Shown here: piece after piece, positions 1 through 10,558 of the stretch
Numbering within the stretch: the first letter of the stretch is position 1
Layout: each line of letters begins with the position of its first letter
Source of the DNA: Nitrososphaerales archaeon
Lineage (GTDB): Archaea; Thermoproteota; Nitrososphaeria; Nitrososphaerales; UBA213
DNA length: 64,000 nucleotides
Direction of reading: 5' to 3'
Assembly (NCBI GenBank): GCA_965197925.1
Contig: CBDAOC010000019.1
Coordinates: 528,053 to 592,052 of the forward strand
Program-made: the position numbers and the translations under genes
The notes under the pieces: model-generated
The model's database searches: none
What the model saw: the letters and a program-made list of their open reading frames with translations, nothing else
What the model was told of the DNA's origin: nothing

Positions 1-473
1 ACAGAAAGGGTATGCGTTTGGCCCGAGGAAGATCCATAATAGAGCTAGTCGCTGCATCTCTTTATTTTGCCTGTAAGGATAGCGGAGCAACTAGAACATT
101 AAAGAACATTGCAGATGCAAGCCAAGTAAGGAAGAAGAGGGTAGCAAGATGCTATATGGTTTTGGTAAGAGACTTGGATTTGAGGATACCTCTTATCGAT
201 CCAATAAAATATGCGGGAAGAATAGCAGATAAAGCCCATCTCAGCGAGAGAACAAGGAGGAAGGCGATTGATATTCTTAAGCAATCCGAAGTTGTGAAGA
301 TATTTTCAGGCAGTCACCCCATGGCTATAGCTGCCGCAGCGTTATATTACTCATGCATACTTATGCAAGAGAATAGGACTCAAGAGGAAATGGCTGATGC
401 TGCAGAGATCACTGGGGTTACGCTAAGAAAATTATATAGGAAGCTAGAAGCTGTTCTTAAGATTAAAACCTAA
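1..473 (+). CDS. tfb: Transcription initiation factor IIB (TFB) paralogue, C-terminal cyclin repeats; probably begins upstream of the window
   Basis: Motifs GRSIIELVAASLYFAC and GSHPMAIAAAALY...RTQEEMADAAEITGVTLR match the two TFIIB cyclin repeats. The N-terminal Zn ribbon is not in the window. Confidence 0.85.
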   Translation, partial: RKGMRLARGRSIIELVAASLYFACKDSGATRTLKNIADASQVRKKRVARCYMVLVRDLDLRIPLIDPIKYAGRIADKAHLSERTRRKAIDILKQSEVVKIFSGSHPMAIAAAALYYSCILMQENRTQEEMADAAEITGVTLRKLYRKLEAVLKIKT

Positions 474-1491
474 TACTTCATCTACCCACGGATTGATTTG
501 CAAAGCGGGAAACCGTCTCAACATTAACATTTTTGACAAAGACCTAGAATTAGAGAATTAGAAGAGACAAAAGGAAGATTTCTCATTTAGTCCTACGGTA
601 AAATTTTGGTGATTGCTAGAAAAATTTGGATTGTTGTTGACTTACAATCTTTGATTATTATGCTCTAGTTGCTTATCATACTTCATGATAAAAGATAGAA
701 GGTACGATTTGTTCGCTATCTTTGATGAAGATTTCGAAACTATGCTTACATAATAATGATATACCAAATAAGAGGTTGTAAGAATGGTTAATTAAAATAA
801 TGGAAAACATTGGTAATGGGAGGCCAAATACACTTTAATGAAATTATTTGCTCAATTGAAGATGCAGTAACCAAAATATTATCATAAGACTCAAAGGGAT
901 GCACTAGTAATTCAATTACAATCAAATATTCAAACCCACATTATTATTTCGAGTTAGATATGATTAAAACAAAATCCAACAATGAACCTAAAAACAAAGA
1001 TGATGGTTATTGGATACAATTTGCTAGGTATCATCCCGTAGTATAAAGAAAACACTTTTTGATATTTGGATACGACAACTTGCCCTTAGTTCACAATTTT
1101 TAAAAGAATGCAAAAACAATGAAAAAATCTGGGAAGAATTAATAATTTCATTTAAATCTCAATTATAAAATAGTATGGAAGGCATTCAAGCCATTAAAAA
1201 TGTAAAAACCAAAAGTCAACAAACAGTACCCTATTGTGCTACGAAAATGATGGAACCCCATACCATAGACATCTATTAAGAGAAATTATTCTAGAGCCTA
1301 GTCTATTATGGTCTGATTTTATCTCTCAATACACTGACAATCAATAGCTAATGTTAAGAATTGCCAGTGCTAATAAAGAACGGCATGACATAGCAACTAA
1401 AGCCAGAGCCACCATTGGACTCGCTTTATACTTATTTTTAAAATACCCGTCTAAAAAGTTGTCCTCAAACTAAACATGAGAATAACTTCTC

Positions 1492-2376
1492 TTACTCTAT
1501 TGCCTTTTTTAGCCAATCCATTATAACGCAAGAAAGCTTTTGTTCTTTATTTGTAAAACCATGATCAGCATTTTTTATGATTTCCCAATTGAATATTTTG
1601 GAATCACTTTTCTCTTCAAGAATTTTCAAGCATTCTTGTACAGGCTTAACTACGTTTACGTCGCTATCTCCAAAAACTGCGAGAATAGGACATCTAATGC
1701 TACTAAACTCCTTCAACTTGGAGTCATAGTTGAATAGCCTAGCCTCCACATTACGCAAATCAGCATAGCTCAAGAACCTTTTTGCAGTATAATGGGAGAT
1801 CCATTTGGGCGTAAGTTCGCTACCATATTGCTTCTTCACCATATTTTTGCATATCGCAACTGCCTTTGTGAAGTTTGTTCCTAATTGTTTTCTTGATAAG
1901 TTATAGTCATCACAAGGAGCAAGTAGGACTATTCCTTTGACAATTTTATCTCCAATCTTGTACTGATAATAGCATACTTTTTGACATCCCGTGCTATGCC
2001 CCAGAAGAATAACTTTCCTGTATCCTAGACTTTTTAAAAAACCTACAGCCCCATCTATGTCATATACACATGCTTCGAATTTTTCCCTTGCAGTTCCGAT
2101 TAGCGCTCTTCTTCTGTTTTTCTTTCTGAATGAAAACACCGAACCCATCCCCCTATTGGCCGCAAGAAATATGTCAAATTCTGACCCTGTTGCTTGTTGG
2201 TGTAGTTTCCAGTAGCGGACAGAAGAAAAAAAATTACCGGTCATCCCAAATACATTCAAAATGATTTTTTTATTTTTTGGTTTTGAGTGAATAAGGAAAC
2301 CATTCAGCTCTAGTTTATCCTTTGTATAAAATGTGACAAGCGTTCCTCTTATTTTCCTAAACCTATTCTCCATCAT
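1492..2376 (-). CDS. Alpha/beta-hydrolase (DUF1749-like)
   Basis: GHSTG nucleophile elbow and C-terminal ADHGF catalytic-His motif; 294 aa. Confidence 0.75.
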   Translation of the reverse strand: MMENRFRKIRGTLVTFYTKDKLELNGFLIHSKPKNKKIILNVFGMTGNFFSSVRYWKLHQQATGSEFDIFLAANRGMGSVFSFRKKNRRRALIGTAREKFEACVYDIDGAVGFLKSLGYRKVILLGHSTGCQKVCYYQYKIGDKIVKGIVLLAPCDDYNLSRKQLGTNFTKAVAICKNMVKKQYGSELTPKWISHYTAKRFLSYADLRNVEARLFNYDSKLKEFSSIRCPILAVFGDSDVNVVKPVQECLKILEEKSDSKIFNWEIIKNADHGFTNKEQKLSCVIMDWLKKAIE

Positions 2377-2679
2377 ATAGCATCTACTCCATCACAATTC
2401 ATCTTTACTTGTTGTTTAAACCCTTTGCTCTTTAAAGGTATAAACGCCTCATTCTTGAATTAATCCAACTATACAAGTTATTGATAACTTTGCTAATATT
2501 TATGGGGGAGCCATTCATATTTTCTTCAACATATTTTTCATTTGTTGCTTTGTCCTTTTCCCTAATGGTCTCTTATTGGTCTTGGTTATTGTTCCAGTTT
2601 GACAAGTCGCAATGACGGAAAATATTTTGATTTTTGGATTCACAAATGCTTAAATTAGTTCAGGACCGCTTGTAAGCAG

Positions 2680-2828
2680 ATGGGCTACATTTTAGCTAAG
2701 TTTTACTTGAAATATCCTAAACTAATTCCTATCCTCTTATTATTACCCTTTTTCATTGTTCTAATTTTATCCGCACAAGCTAGTCCGGACATTTCTGTGA
2801 TTTGTAACCCACAAGAAGAATGTATAGT
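2680..2828 (+). pseudogene. 5' fragment of a secreted-protein gene truncated by an IS
   Basis: Signal-peptide-like MGYILAKFYLKYPKLIPILLLLPFFIVLILSAQA runs into the IS terminal repeat at 2829. No continuation is seen on the far side of the IS. Confidence 0.5.
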
Positions 2829-3680
2829 CAACTCATCTCAAAACCCTACAATACATCAAAAATGATGCAAGATTAACAAATGCCAGATAGTTTTCTGCCG
2901 TTCTTTCATACCTGGTTCTTGTTCTGTGAAATCCATTCTTGAGCCATGCAAGGAATCTCTCAACTACAAATCTTGTCTTGCTGTAATGTTTGCAATCATT
3001 ATTTTGCAAGATGAACTTGGGATTTATTTTGTATGGGATGCAACATGCAATATTTCTATCCCACAAATACATTCTGATGTATTTTGCATCATTTTGTCTG
3101 CATAAACTGATTCTATCTGTTGTATTGAATCATCATCAAGATAGTCTGAAATTGATCCTGTAACATCCATGCATTTTGTACTGTCATGTTCATTTGCTGG
3201 ACTCAACAGTATGGATATTGGAAATCCGTTACTCTCTACTGCGGCATGTATTTTTGTACCTGTTATTCTCTTGAATCCATTATATCCAGTTACATTGCCC
3301 CTTTTTTATCAGGAATGGATGAAGAGTCAACTGATATTTTTTGCAGATTAATTTTGCCAGATTTATGTGCTGAGTGAATAGTACGTGATAGAATCTTTTT
3401 CCAGATTCCTTTTTGTTGCCATTTGTTTAACCTTCTGTTTGCAGTAGAATCATCACCATATCTTTTTGGCATATCGTCCCATCGGCATCCAGTAGTTAGA
3501 ACATGGATTATTCCGTTAATGATTTTTCTATCATAATCCCTAGGCCTGCCAGTTTTTGCATGTGGTGGTATGTGTGATTCCATCATACTCCACTGTTTGT
3601 CTGATAATTCTTGGAATTTCATAAAATAATTTTAGATGTCGCTATTCATGGATCTAAATGGTTAGTTTTGAGATGAGTTG
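2829..3680 (-). mobile_element. IS5-family element type A, copy 1 (defective)
   Basis: Perfect 16-bp TIR CAACTCATCTCAAAAC at both ends. orfA is 3290-3622 (LTTGCRWDDMP). orfB is frameshifted at the DKGY motif. Flanks AGT and GAA do not match. Confidence 0.95.
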
Positions 3681-3768
3681 GAAGAAGTATGGAGTCTGAG
3701 CTAAACATATCAACAATAAAAACTAGAACCTGAACTTATCGTTTCGAACTAAATTACGCCCAAGCCTC
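3681..3768 (-). mobile_element. Left-end remnant (88 bp) of IS type B
   Basis: Nearly identical to 58082-58169 and to the reverse complement of 35471-35558, including the terminal ...ATTACGCCCAAGCCTC. Confidence 0.9.
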
Positions 3769-3895
3769 ATATAATTGTTAAAGTAATTACGATAAGTTTT
3801 GAAATTCTTTTTGAAGAATGATCAAAGTTAAATGCATTATTAACGCTAAAGTTTTGTTGGTACAAAAATGGGCATTAATACTAACATCACTGATT

Positions 3896-5373
3896 ATGGA
3901 TAGCATTTCTAACAAGAAAAAACTGATAGCGCTACTGATAGCAGTTGTGCTGTTAGAAGCAACGACTAATGTTGATGTGCTTGACGCACAGTCAGACGAT
4001 AGCTCCTTTCTTGTACGGACATTGGAGGGTCATACCAGTTTGGTCGATGCAGTAGCAGTAACACCAGATGGCAAAGCCATCTCTGCTTCTGCTGACAATA
4101 CGCCCAAGGTGTGGGATATAGAGTGGTGAAGAGCTGAGGACACTGGTGGGTCATATGGAATTGGTCTTTGAAGTTGCAGTAACACCAGATGGTAGCAAAG
4201 CCATCTCTGCTTCTGCTGACAATACACTCAAGGTGTGGGATATAGAGTGGGAGGAGCTGAGGACGTTGGAGGGTCATACCGATGCGGTCTTTGAAGTTGC
4301 AGTAACACCAGATGGTAGCAAAGCCATCTCTGCTTCTGCTGACAATACACTCAAGGTGTGGGATATAGAGTGGGAGGAGCTGAGGACGTTGGAGGGTCAT
4401 ACCGATGCGGTCTTTGAAGTTGCAGTAACACCAGATGGTAGCAAAGCCATCTCTGCTTCTGCTGACAATACACTCAAGGTGTGGGATATAGAGTGGGAGG
4501 AGCTGAGGACGTTGGAGGGTCATACCGATGCGGTCTTTGAAGTCACCAGATGGTAGCAAAGCCATCTCTGCTTCTGCTGACAATACACTCAAGGTGTGGG
4601 ATATAGAGTGGGAGGAGCTGAGGACGTTGGAGGGTCATACCGATGCGGTCTTTGAAGTTGCAGTAACACCAGATGGTAGCAAAGCCATCTCTGCTTCTGC
4701 TGACAATACACTCAAGGTGTGGGATATAACGAGTATTAAAACCAGTGAAGAGAGTGGTAAAACCAGTGGATGTCTTATTACCACAGCAGCTTTTGGTTCG
4801 GAATTGTCACCGCAGGTGCAGTTCCTGCGTGATTTCAGGGATCAAAAAATTATGAACACTTTAGCTGGCAGTAATTTCATGCAAGTATTCAACGCTTGGT
4901 ACTACTCATTCAGTCCATATGTTGCCGATTATGAAAGGGCACAGCCATGGTTGCAGCAAACAGTCAAAACATCCATCTATCCATTAATAGGGATTTTGCA
5001 GACATCCGAAAAGGCGAATTCTTCAATAGATGGTGAGTATGGGGCAGTAGTTGCTGGGCTTATTGCTAGTTCCATGATTGGTGCATTATACTTCTGGCCA
5101 TTTGCAATCTCTGTAAGACGAGTTCGTATTAATCAATTCAATTACAAGCTTGCTCTCTCTATGATCGCAGTTGTATCTATTAGTATAATCGCTTCATTAG
5201 CAGCAGGCAATGAATATGCTTTGATGGCAAGCACGTCATTGTTTGTATTGACTTTAGTTTCAGTTTCAGCAGTGCTATCTGCGAAACTAATCGTAACAGT
5301 ATTTCATACTGCTGGTAATATGATGGCAAAGAGACTTGGCCCCGAAATAATAAAAAAATCCAAACATATCTAG
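3896..5373 (+). pseudogene. Secreted/membrane-anchored WD40-repeat protein with CFI-box-CTERM domain; interrupted by a stop/frameshift at ~4127 and an 8-bp deletion at ~4543
   Basis: Signal peptide MDSISNKKKLIALLIAVVLLEA, six GH...WD repeats (LEGHTDAVFEVAVTPDGSKAISASADNTLKVWD), then GCLITTAAFGSELSPQVQFLRDFRD and C-terminal TM helices. Confidence 0.85.
4012..4728 (+). repeat. Tandem array of six ~123-bp WD40-coding units
   Basis: GAGGGTCATACCGATGCGG recurs at 4269, 4392, 4515 and 4630 (spacing 123, 123, 115 bp). Units 3-6 are essentially identical. Confidence 0.95.
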
Positions 5374-5469
5374 CTACGTTCATCACTTATTCAGCTATTA
5401 GCGTTAGTCCGTACATTCGTATTGATAGTAGTATTGGCGATAGTATGGGCGATTTTGAAGTTGTCCATA

Positions 5470-5713
5470 CCACCCCTTCGATCGCGAGGGGTGTACGATC
5501 TACCCACATGTGTCCCTAGATGCTTGAGTGATAGAATAAGAATAGATTCTAACAAATACAGTTCAGTCGTTCGTTGTAATCTTAACAATCCAAGAACAAT
5601 TTAAGAGACGCAAACCGTCCTCCGCTCTTCACTATATGACCCAGTCACTGTCTATACACAATTCATGCTAGGGACATATGTTGGTAGATAGAACACTTCG
5701 ATCGCGAGGGGGG
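5470..5713. repeat. Long imperfect inverted repeat flanking an AT-rich spacer
   Basis: GTGTACGATCTACCCACATGTGTCCCTAG (5491-5519) matches the reverse complement of CTAGGGACATATGTTGGTAGATAGAACAC (5668-5696). CTTCGATCGCGAGGGG occurs on both sides. Confidence 0.8.
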
Positions 5714-6149
5714 AGACCCTATTTAAAGTGGCTAGATAAAAATCCATTGAGCACCGCTAATATCCCTAATACCTCCCGGCCCGCTTCCACAGGTGAGATA
5801 AATCGCTTTTGAAAAGAAATCATATATCAGTAAAAAGCCATCAGGGTTGAGTCCCTACCACATGTTTATTTCTGTTGTATATGTAGTAAGGCATTCTGGC
5901 CTTCAAAAACACAATCAACATAGTTTTGGCAAGTTTGGCGTATCTAGACTCTTTCATACATAGACATGAAAGGTATCTAACCGTAACCGAATGATTTCAC
6001 TACAATTCTACACAATGGGCTAAAATCTATGGTTTCCACAGAGCCTTTCCAGCATAAGATATTAATATTAAAACAGGGTAAGATTTGTATGGTGTACAAA
6101 GTTACACTGTGCAACACAGTAACCTCTACACTTAAGGAGGCGTTGTAAA

Positions 6150-6749
6150 TTGCAAATGAATTGGGCCTGCGAGATCTGTGGAAGGGTTTTTGGTAGAGGG
6201 TTTAGTGCTCAGCGTCATGTAAGGTTAAAACACAATCTTTACGGAAGAGTTATTGATTATCCTTCTTATCTATATAAGGTGAATACAGGACGCCTTCCCC
6301 CGCCTCAGTTGAAGACTGGGCAAAGTCGGAGATCCGTTTTTGCTAGTGAAAAAATAATGGATAAGATAAATGACGAATTGTACAAGAAAATTGACGAATT
6401 TCAAAATAGATTTGTTAAGGATTTAGTAGACAATATTAATTCACATGGAAACAATGATAGTTCTAATCCTATGGAGATTATAGCAAAATTTGAGCGATTG
6501 AACGCCATTATGGACGCATTTGCTAAGAAAAGAGAGAAATCGAGGAGTGAAGAAGAAAAAGTAAATGATAAAGAAGAAAAAATTATTCTTCCGGATATTG
6601 AAGCAGAAGTTGAGCGGTATTACGCCATTCTGGATGCATTTGATAAGAAAAGAGAGAAATCAAGAAATAAAGAAGAAAAGATAAGGAATAAAGAAGAAAA
6701 AAGAGCGAGTAAGGAAGAAAAAATTACTTCCCGAATAATGAAGCAGTGA
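6150..6749 (+). CDS. C2H2-type zinc-finger protein with a charged, repetitive C-terminus
   Basis: CEIC...AQRHVRLKH motif, AAGGAGG upstream of the TTG start, and an internal repeat (ERxxAIxDAFxKKREKSR) twice. Confidence 0.7.
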   Translation: MQMNWACEICGRVFGRGFSAQRHVRLKHNLYGRVIDYPSYLYKVNTGRLPPPQLKTGQSRRSVFASEKIMDKINDELYKKIDEFQNRFVKDLVDNINSHGNNDSSNPMEIIAKFERLNAIMDAFAKKREKSRSEEEKVNDKEEKIILPDIEAEVERYYAILDAFDKKREKSRNKEEKIRNKEEKRASKEEKITSRIMKQ

Positions 6750-7043
6750 AGGAGCAAGTAAAGACCATGATAGAAGCAATTAAAAAGAAAAAAGAAATCA
6801 AGGAACAAAGAAGAAAAAATTTAGACAATAATTAGAGACGTAATAAAACAGGACGATTGAGTGCTCTTGTTTGATAAATTCATACTGTGTCTTATAATCA
6901 CCAAATTATTGTTATCCAAAACTCCTTTAGATTCATAGTAATGAGTATGTTGTATATGGAAGATGTCTACAATTCTTTTACTATATTCTCCTATGTTATT
7001 ATCTTCATATTCACCGACGAAGAGTTTGATTGGAGTTCTTATG

Positions 7044-7129
7044 ATAGGCTTGACCATATAAGTGATGAAACAAGAATATTTTCTTGATGTGCATATAGGC
7101 TTGACCATATAAGTGATGAAACAAGAATA
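7044..7129 (+). repeat. 35-bp direct repeat, two copies 51 bp apart, in a decayed ORF
   Basis: ATAGGCTTGACCATATAAGTGATGAAACAAGAATA at 7044 and 7095. Confidence 0.85.
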
Positions 7130-7637
7130 ACAACATCATTCTGGATTGATTCTAGCAAAATAGCACTTCTTATGATAACCTGATTAAGCGGTTGACTTTA
7201 GTTTGGACAAGCTGAAAGCAAGTGAAACTGATCTTTCCGTTTCTCTCAAACCGTTAAAGATCCTATACAATTATTCTACAGATATCTTAAGAGATATGAT
7301 GAAGAAATAAGACCGTGTAACAAAAAAATAAAGACAAAAAGAATTGTCATATTCGCATTGTTCATGCTGGGTGTCTTTGTCGTTGCATTTGATGGTGTTA
7401 TGATCAATGCATATGCAAATCGTTTGATAATTATTTTGAGGGCGGTGAAGTATTATACGAGGAACGTAATAGTTTGACCGATGGGGAAGACTTGGACTCG
7501 CTAGTAGAAGAATTGCGGGGTATGAAGGGATAAGTCCAGCTGCTCCTGCAGCAAATCCTATAAAATAGCTTCTCTAAGAAAGTCTATCAAATTTATTGAT
7601 CATGTCTGTGAACAGTTGTATCACCCAATGAATTGAA

Positions 7638-8675
7638 TCATTCCCACACATCAACACCTTTGAGGAAACGTATTGCGTCGATTAGACCCTCAGCATACCC
7701 AATGCTTAAAACTGCAAGTTCAGGCTTACCTTGCTCTAAAAACCTCTCAGCATCCAATATATAATATTTAGCATTCTCAAATATGTTACTGAAACGTGAA
7801 TCAACATCAACTAATTTCTTTGCACGTTCAAGCGCTCTTCGTGCTTTGGGCACATATTTCGTGATCATTTGTTCCGCAATTTTGGTTATATTTTTTGAAT
7901 TGTCCACTGGTTCATCAAGCAGTCTTGTGAATACAGCCAAAGCATCAGTTTCTGTAAAGTGTAGTGTGGCAGTTATCACAATTGAATGGGGGGGTTCCCC
8001 AAAGTCTGTTCCTAGTAAGGATTTGAACTTACCCGATACTATACCTTGATCCTCACTACCTATTCTTGAAGCTACAATTGCGAAGGTATCATCAGAAAAA
8101 ACCCCATGCTTTTGATCTGCCTCTGCTTCCAATAACATTTTAAGAGCATCATTTGGTTTAAGGAATAGATTTTTCTCCTGGTTGAATTCCATCAGGAGGA
8201 GTGTATGACTTCTCGACAAAAGATTGCTATAAACAGTATAGTAAATATTAGAAATTGACTGTATCTCTGATGTCAATGTAATAATCCTTCCAATTTTGTA
8301 AATATGTAATCCACATTCACCCATGACTGAGGTTATAGATGAGGATGAATGCAGTACGCTGGTCTTTATACCACTTTTCTCAGCTCTTAATCTCAAGTCC
8401 ATATGTGTTGTTGCCATTAATGGATCTCCATACACTATAAGAGCAACGTCACTGCTCCTCGATTGTTCTAGAATCTCTCTACCATCCTCAATGAACCATC
8501 TGGGTACTACCTTCACATCTTTGTTTAATATTCTCTTTAGACCTACTATCTCTGATTCTGGTACAGGACTTGTATATTTTTCAAAATAGATATTCTCAAA
8601 GCTTAGTAGGGAGTGCAGGGTCTTGGTACTAAGCCCCGAATATCCATGAATTCCTAATCCCACCAAAAGAAGCAT
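7638..8675 (-). CDS. dph5: Diphthine synthase with a C-terminal DUF357-like extension
   Basis: LVGLG N-terminus and YGDPLMATTHMDL tetrapyrrole-methylase-family motif; C-terminal AVLSIGYAEGLIDA. Confidence 0.9.
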   Translation of the reverse strand: MLLLVGLGIHGYSGLSTKTLHSLLSFENIYFEKYTSPVPESEIVGLKRILNKDVKVVPRWFIEDGREILEQSRSSDVALIVYGDPLMATTHMDLRLRAEKSGIKTSVLHSSSSITSVMGECGLHIYKIGRIITLTSEIQSISNIYYTVYSNLLSRSHTLLLMEFNQEKNLFLKPNDALKMLLEAEADQKHGVFSDDTFAIVASRIGSEDQGIVSGKFKSLLGTDFGEPPHSIVITATLHFTETDALAVFTRLLDEPVDNSKNITKIAEQMITKYVPKARRALERAKKLVDVDSRFSNIFENAKYYILDAERFLEQGKPELAVLSIGYAEGLIDAIRFLKGVDVWE

Positions 8676-8965
8676 AAGGATAGAAGAAGGGTGTGTGATA
8701 ACAAGTTGATATATCTTATCTTTATGTGGAACTCAATTTAAGATCTCAGAAATTTTGAATTTATCATTGAATTCTAATTGGATTGTAAACAGGATTAGAA
8801 TCATCATTTGATTAATTCAAAAAATTGCGGTTGATCATTCCCTTACATTAATTATTCTACAGGGCAAAATCTAACAACTAGCAAAATCCAAAATATACCA
8901 GTATTAAAAAAGGGGTATACTCAGCCGTATTGCTTTAAACAGAAAAATAAAATAAATTCTAATCT

Positions 8966-9310
8966 TTAATCAGTGTTGAATGAACTTCCGCAAGCACAGC
9001 TCTTGGTTACATTCGGGTTATTTATTTTGAAACCTGTTCCGTTTAAACTCTCTATATAATCAATCTCCGTTCCCTTTAGATGACTTACACTGTAATTATC
9101 TACCAATATCCTTACACCATTCTCCTCTAGAACCATATCATCCTCATCCGACTTGTCCTCAAACCCCATTCCATAGGATAATCCCGAACATCCTCCTCCA
9201 GATACATAAACTCGCAGGAACAGACCATCTTTACCCTCCTGTTTCATGAACTCCTTTACCTTCTCTGCTGCCTTTGTAGTTAGTGTTATCCTCTTTTGTA
9301 CGGTTTCCAT
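8966..9310 (-). CDS. Fe-S cluster A-type carrier (HesB/IscA/ErpA family)
   Basis: GGCSGLSY and C-terminal CACGSSF motifs. Confidence 0.95.
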   Translation of the reverse strand: METVQKRITLTTKAAEKVKEFMKQEGKDGLFLRVYVSGGGCSGLSYGMGFEDKSDEDDMVLEENGVRILVDNYSVSHLKGTEIDYIESLNGTGFKINNPNVTKSCACGSSFNTD

Positions 9311-9793
9311 ACTTACATTATTTCACTTATATGGTATAAGAAGGTTTTGTCGGAAAGAATGGGGCTTTAAGTAACCCCCAGAGGAACCAAAAGGCAATCT
9401 AGGCCGACTCGCTGCTACATGAGGTGGAATGTTATCAGTACAGATATTGATGGGAGTGGTATTGAATTCGCTGTATTATTTTATCAATTAATTCATCAAT
9501 TATTTCACAGTTTGCCTGTCCTCATCAATCTCCAATACCAGATACCATGTTTTCAACTTTCCCTCACATAAAGCAGCCAACGAGAAAAAGAGCATCCGTT
9601 GAAGATTATCAGTTGGAGCGTTTCAGTTACATGATCCTTAAGTTACATGATCCCCTACAGATCAAGGTACTCTTGAATGGAATCAAGATTCTAAAGAACC
9701 CCAGTTAACAAACAACTAATCATGCCCAATGGTTAAGCATTGTTGCCAGTCCAAGTTAGAAGACTGGTATGCATTAAATAAAAAGTAAGAGGA

Positions 9794-10558
9794 TCACTTT
9801 TTCTGCACGAATGCTTTCATTCTTTCTTCTCTATCCTTATGTGTGAAGCACAAAGACCACCCAAATATCTCTAGCTTGAGTCCAGTGTTTATGTCAGAGT
9901 CTATCCCTTTATTCAGAAGCGTTTTTGATACCCTAACTGCAATGGAACTATTCTTCGCTATCTGCTTTGCAATGCTGGTGCATTCATCCATAAGCTCTGC
10001 CAATTCAGTCACCTTGTTCACCAAGCCCATCTGTAAGGCTTCGTCAGCTCTTATTTTCTTGCCAGTGAAGATCAGTTCCTTTGCCCTAGCTGGACCTATG
10101 ATTCTCATCAATCGCTGAGTACCTCCCCATCCAGGACATATTCCTATAGTAACTTCTGGCTGGCCCATAGCTGCGTTCTTTGATGCTATTCTTATATCAC
10201 AGGAAAGAGCAAGTTCGCATCCCCCACCCAAGGCATATCCATTAACGGCTGCTATGACTGGCTTCTTCAAATTCTCAATCTTGTTCAATGTAGCATGACC
10301 TGTGAGCGCATATTCTTCAGCTTCTAAAGGAGATATCTTGCTCATGTATTCAATATCCGCACCAGCTGAAAATGCCTTTTCACCAGCTCCAGTTATGACC
10401 ACAGCCTTTACGGCATCATCCTTATCCAGCTCGTCTATTACAATTCCCATCTCCTTTATTACCTCGATATTCATAGCGTTAAGCTTCTCTGGTCTGTTTA
10501 TCCTCACTATTGCGATGTCTTCTTTCTTCTCTACCTGAATGTATTGTTGTGAACCCAT
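9794..10558 (-). CDS. Enoyl-CoA hydratase; probable 3-hydroxypropionyl-CoA dehydratase/crotonyl-CoA hydratase of the 3HP/4HB cycle
   Basis: Crotonase motifs [21 protein letters not shown] and [19 protein letters not shown]. The specific role is inferred from resemblance to Nmar_1308. Confidence 0.85.
   Translation of the reverse strand: MGSQQYIQVEKKEDIAIVRINRPEKLNAMNIEVIKEMGIVIDELDKDDAVKAVVITGAGEKAFSAGADIEYMSKISPLEAEEYALTGHATLNKIENLKKPVIAAVNGYALGGGCELALSCDIRIASKNAAMGQPEVTIGICPGWGGTQRLMRIIGPARAKELIFTGKKIRADEALQMGLVNKVTELAELMDECTSIAKQIAKNSSIAVRVSKTLLNKGIDSDINTGLKLEIFGWSLCFTHKDREERMKAFVQKK

Noticed and set aside
780..1046. Gene remnant in AT-rich DNA after tfb
   Set aside because: A frame with internal stops can be read but has no recognisable motif, so it is too weak to call.
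4012..4728. CRISPR array or DGR template/variable repeats
   Set aside because: The units are contiguous WD40-coding repeats with no unique spacers. There is no reverse transcriptase and no adenine-specific variation.
5391..5604. ORFs 5391-5588(-) and 5422-5604(+) as genes; the region as chromosomal oriC or integron attC
   Set aside because: The ORFs are short and overlap the inverted-repeat element. There is no canonical ORB, cdc6, integrase or GTTRRRY/RYYYAAC pairing.
7044..7129. Mini-CRISPR (35-bp repeat x2)
   Set aside because: Only two copies, a 16-nt gap, a period that is a multiple of 3 within a decayed ORF, and no cas genes.
9361..9430. tRNA or sRNA upstream of the IscA-family gene
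   Set aside because: Only a 4-bp GGGG/CCCC stem; no cloverleaf or box motifs could be built.
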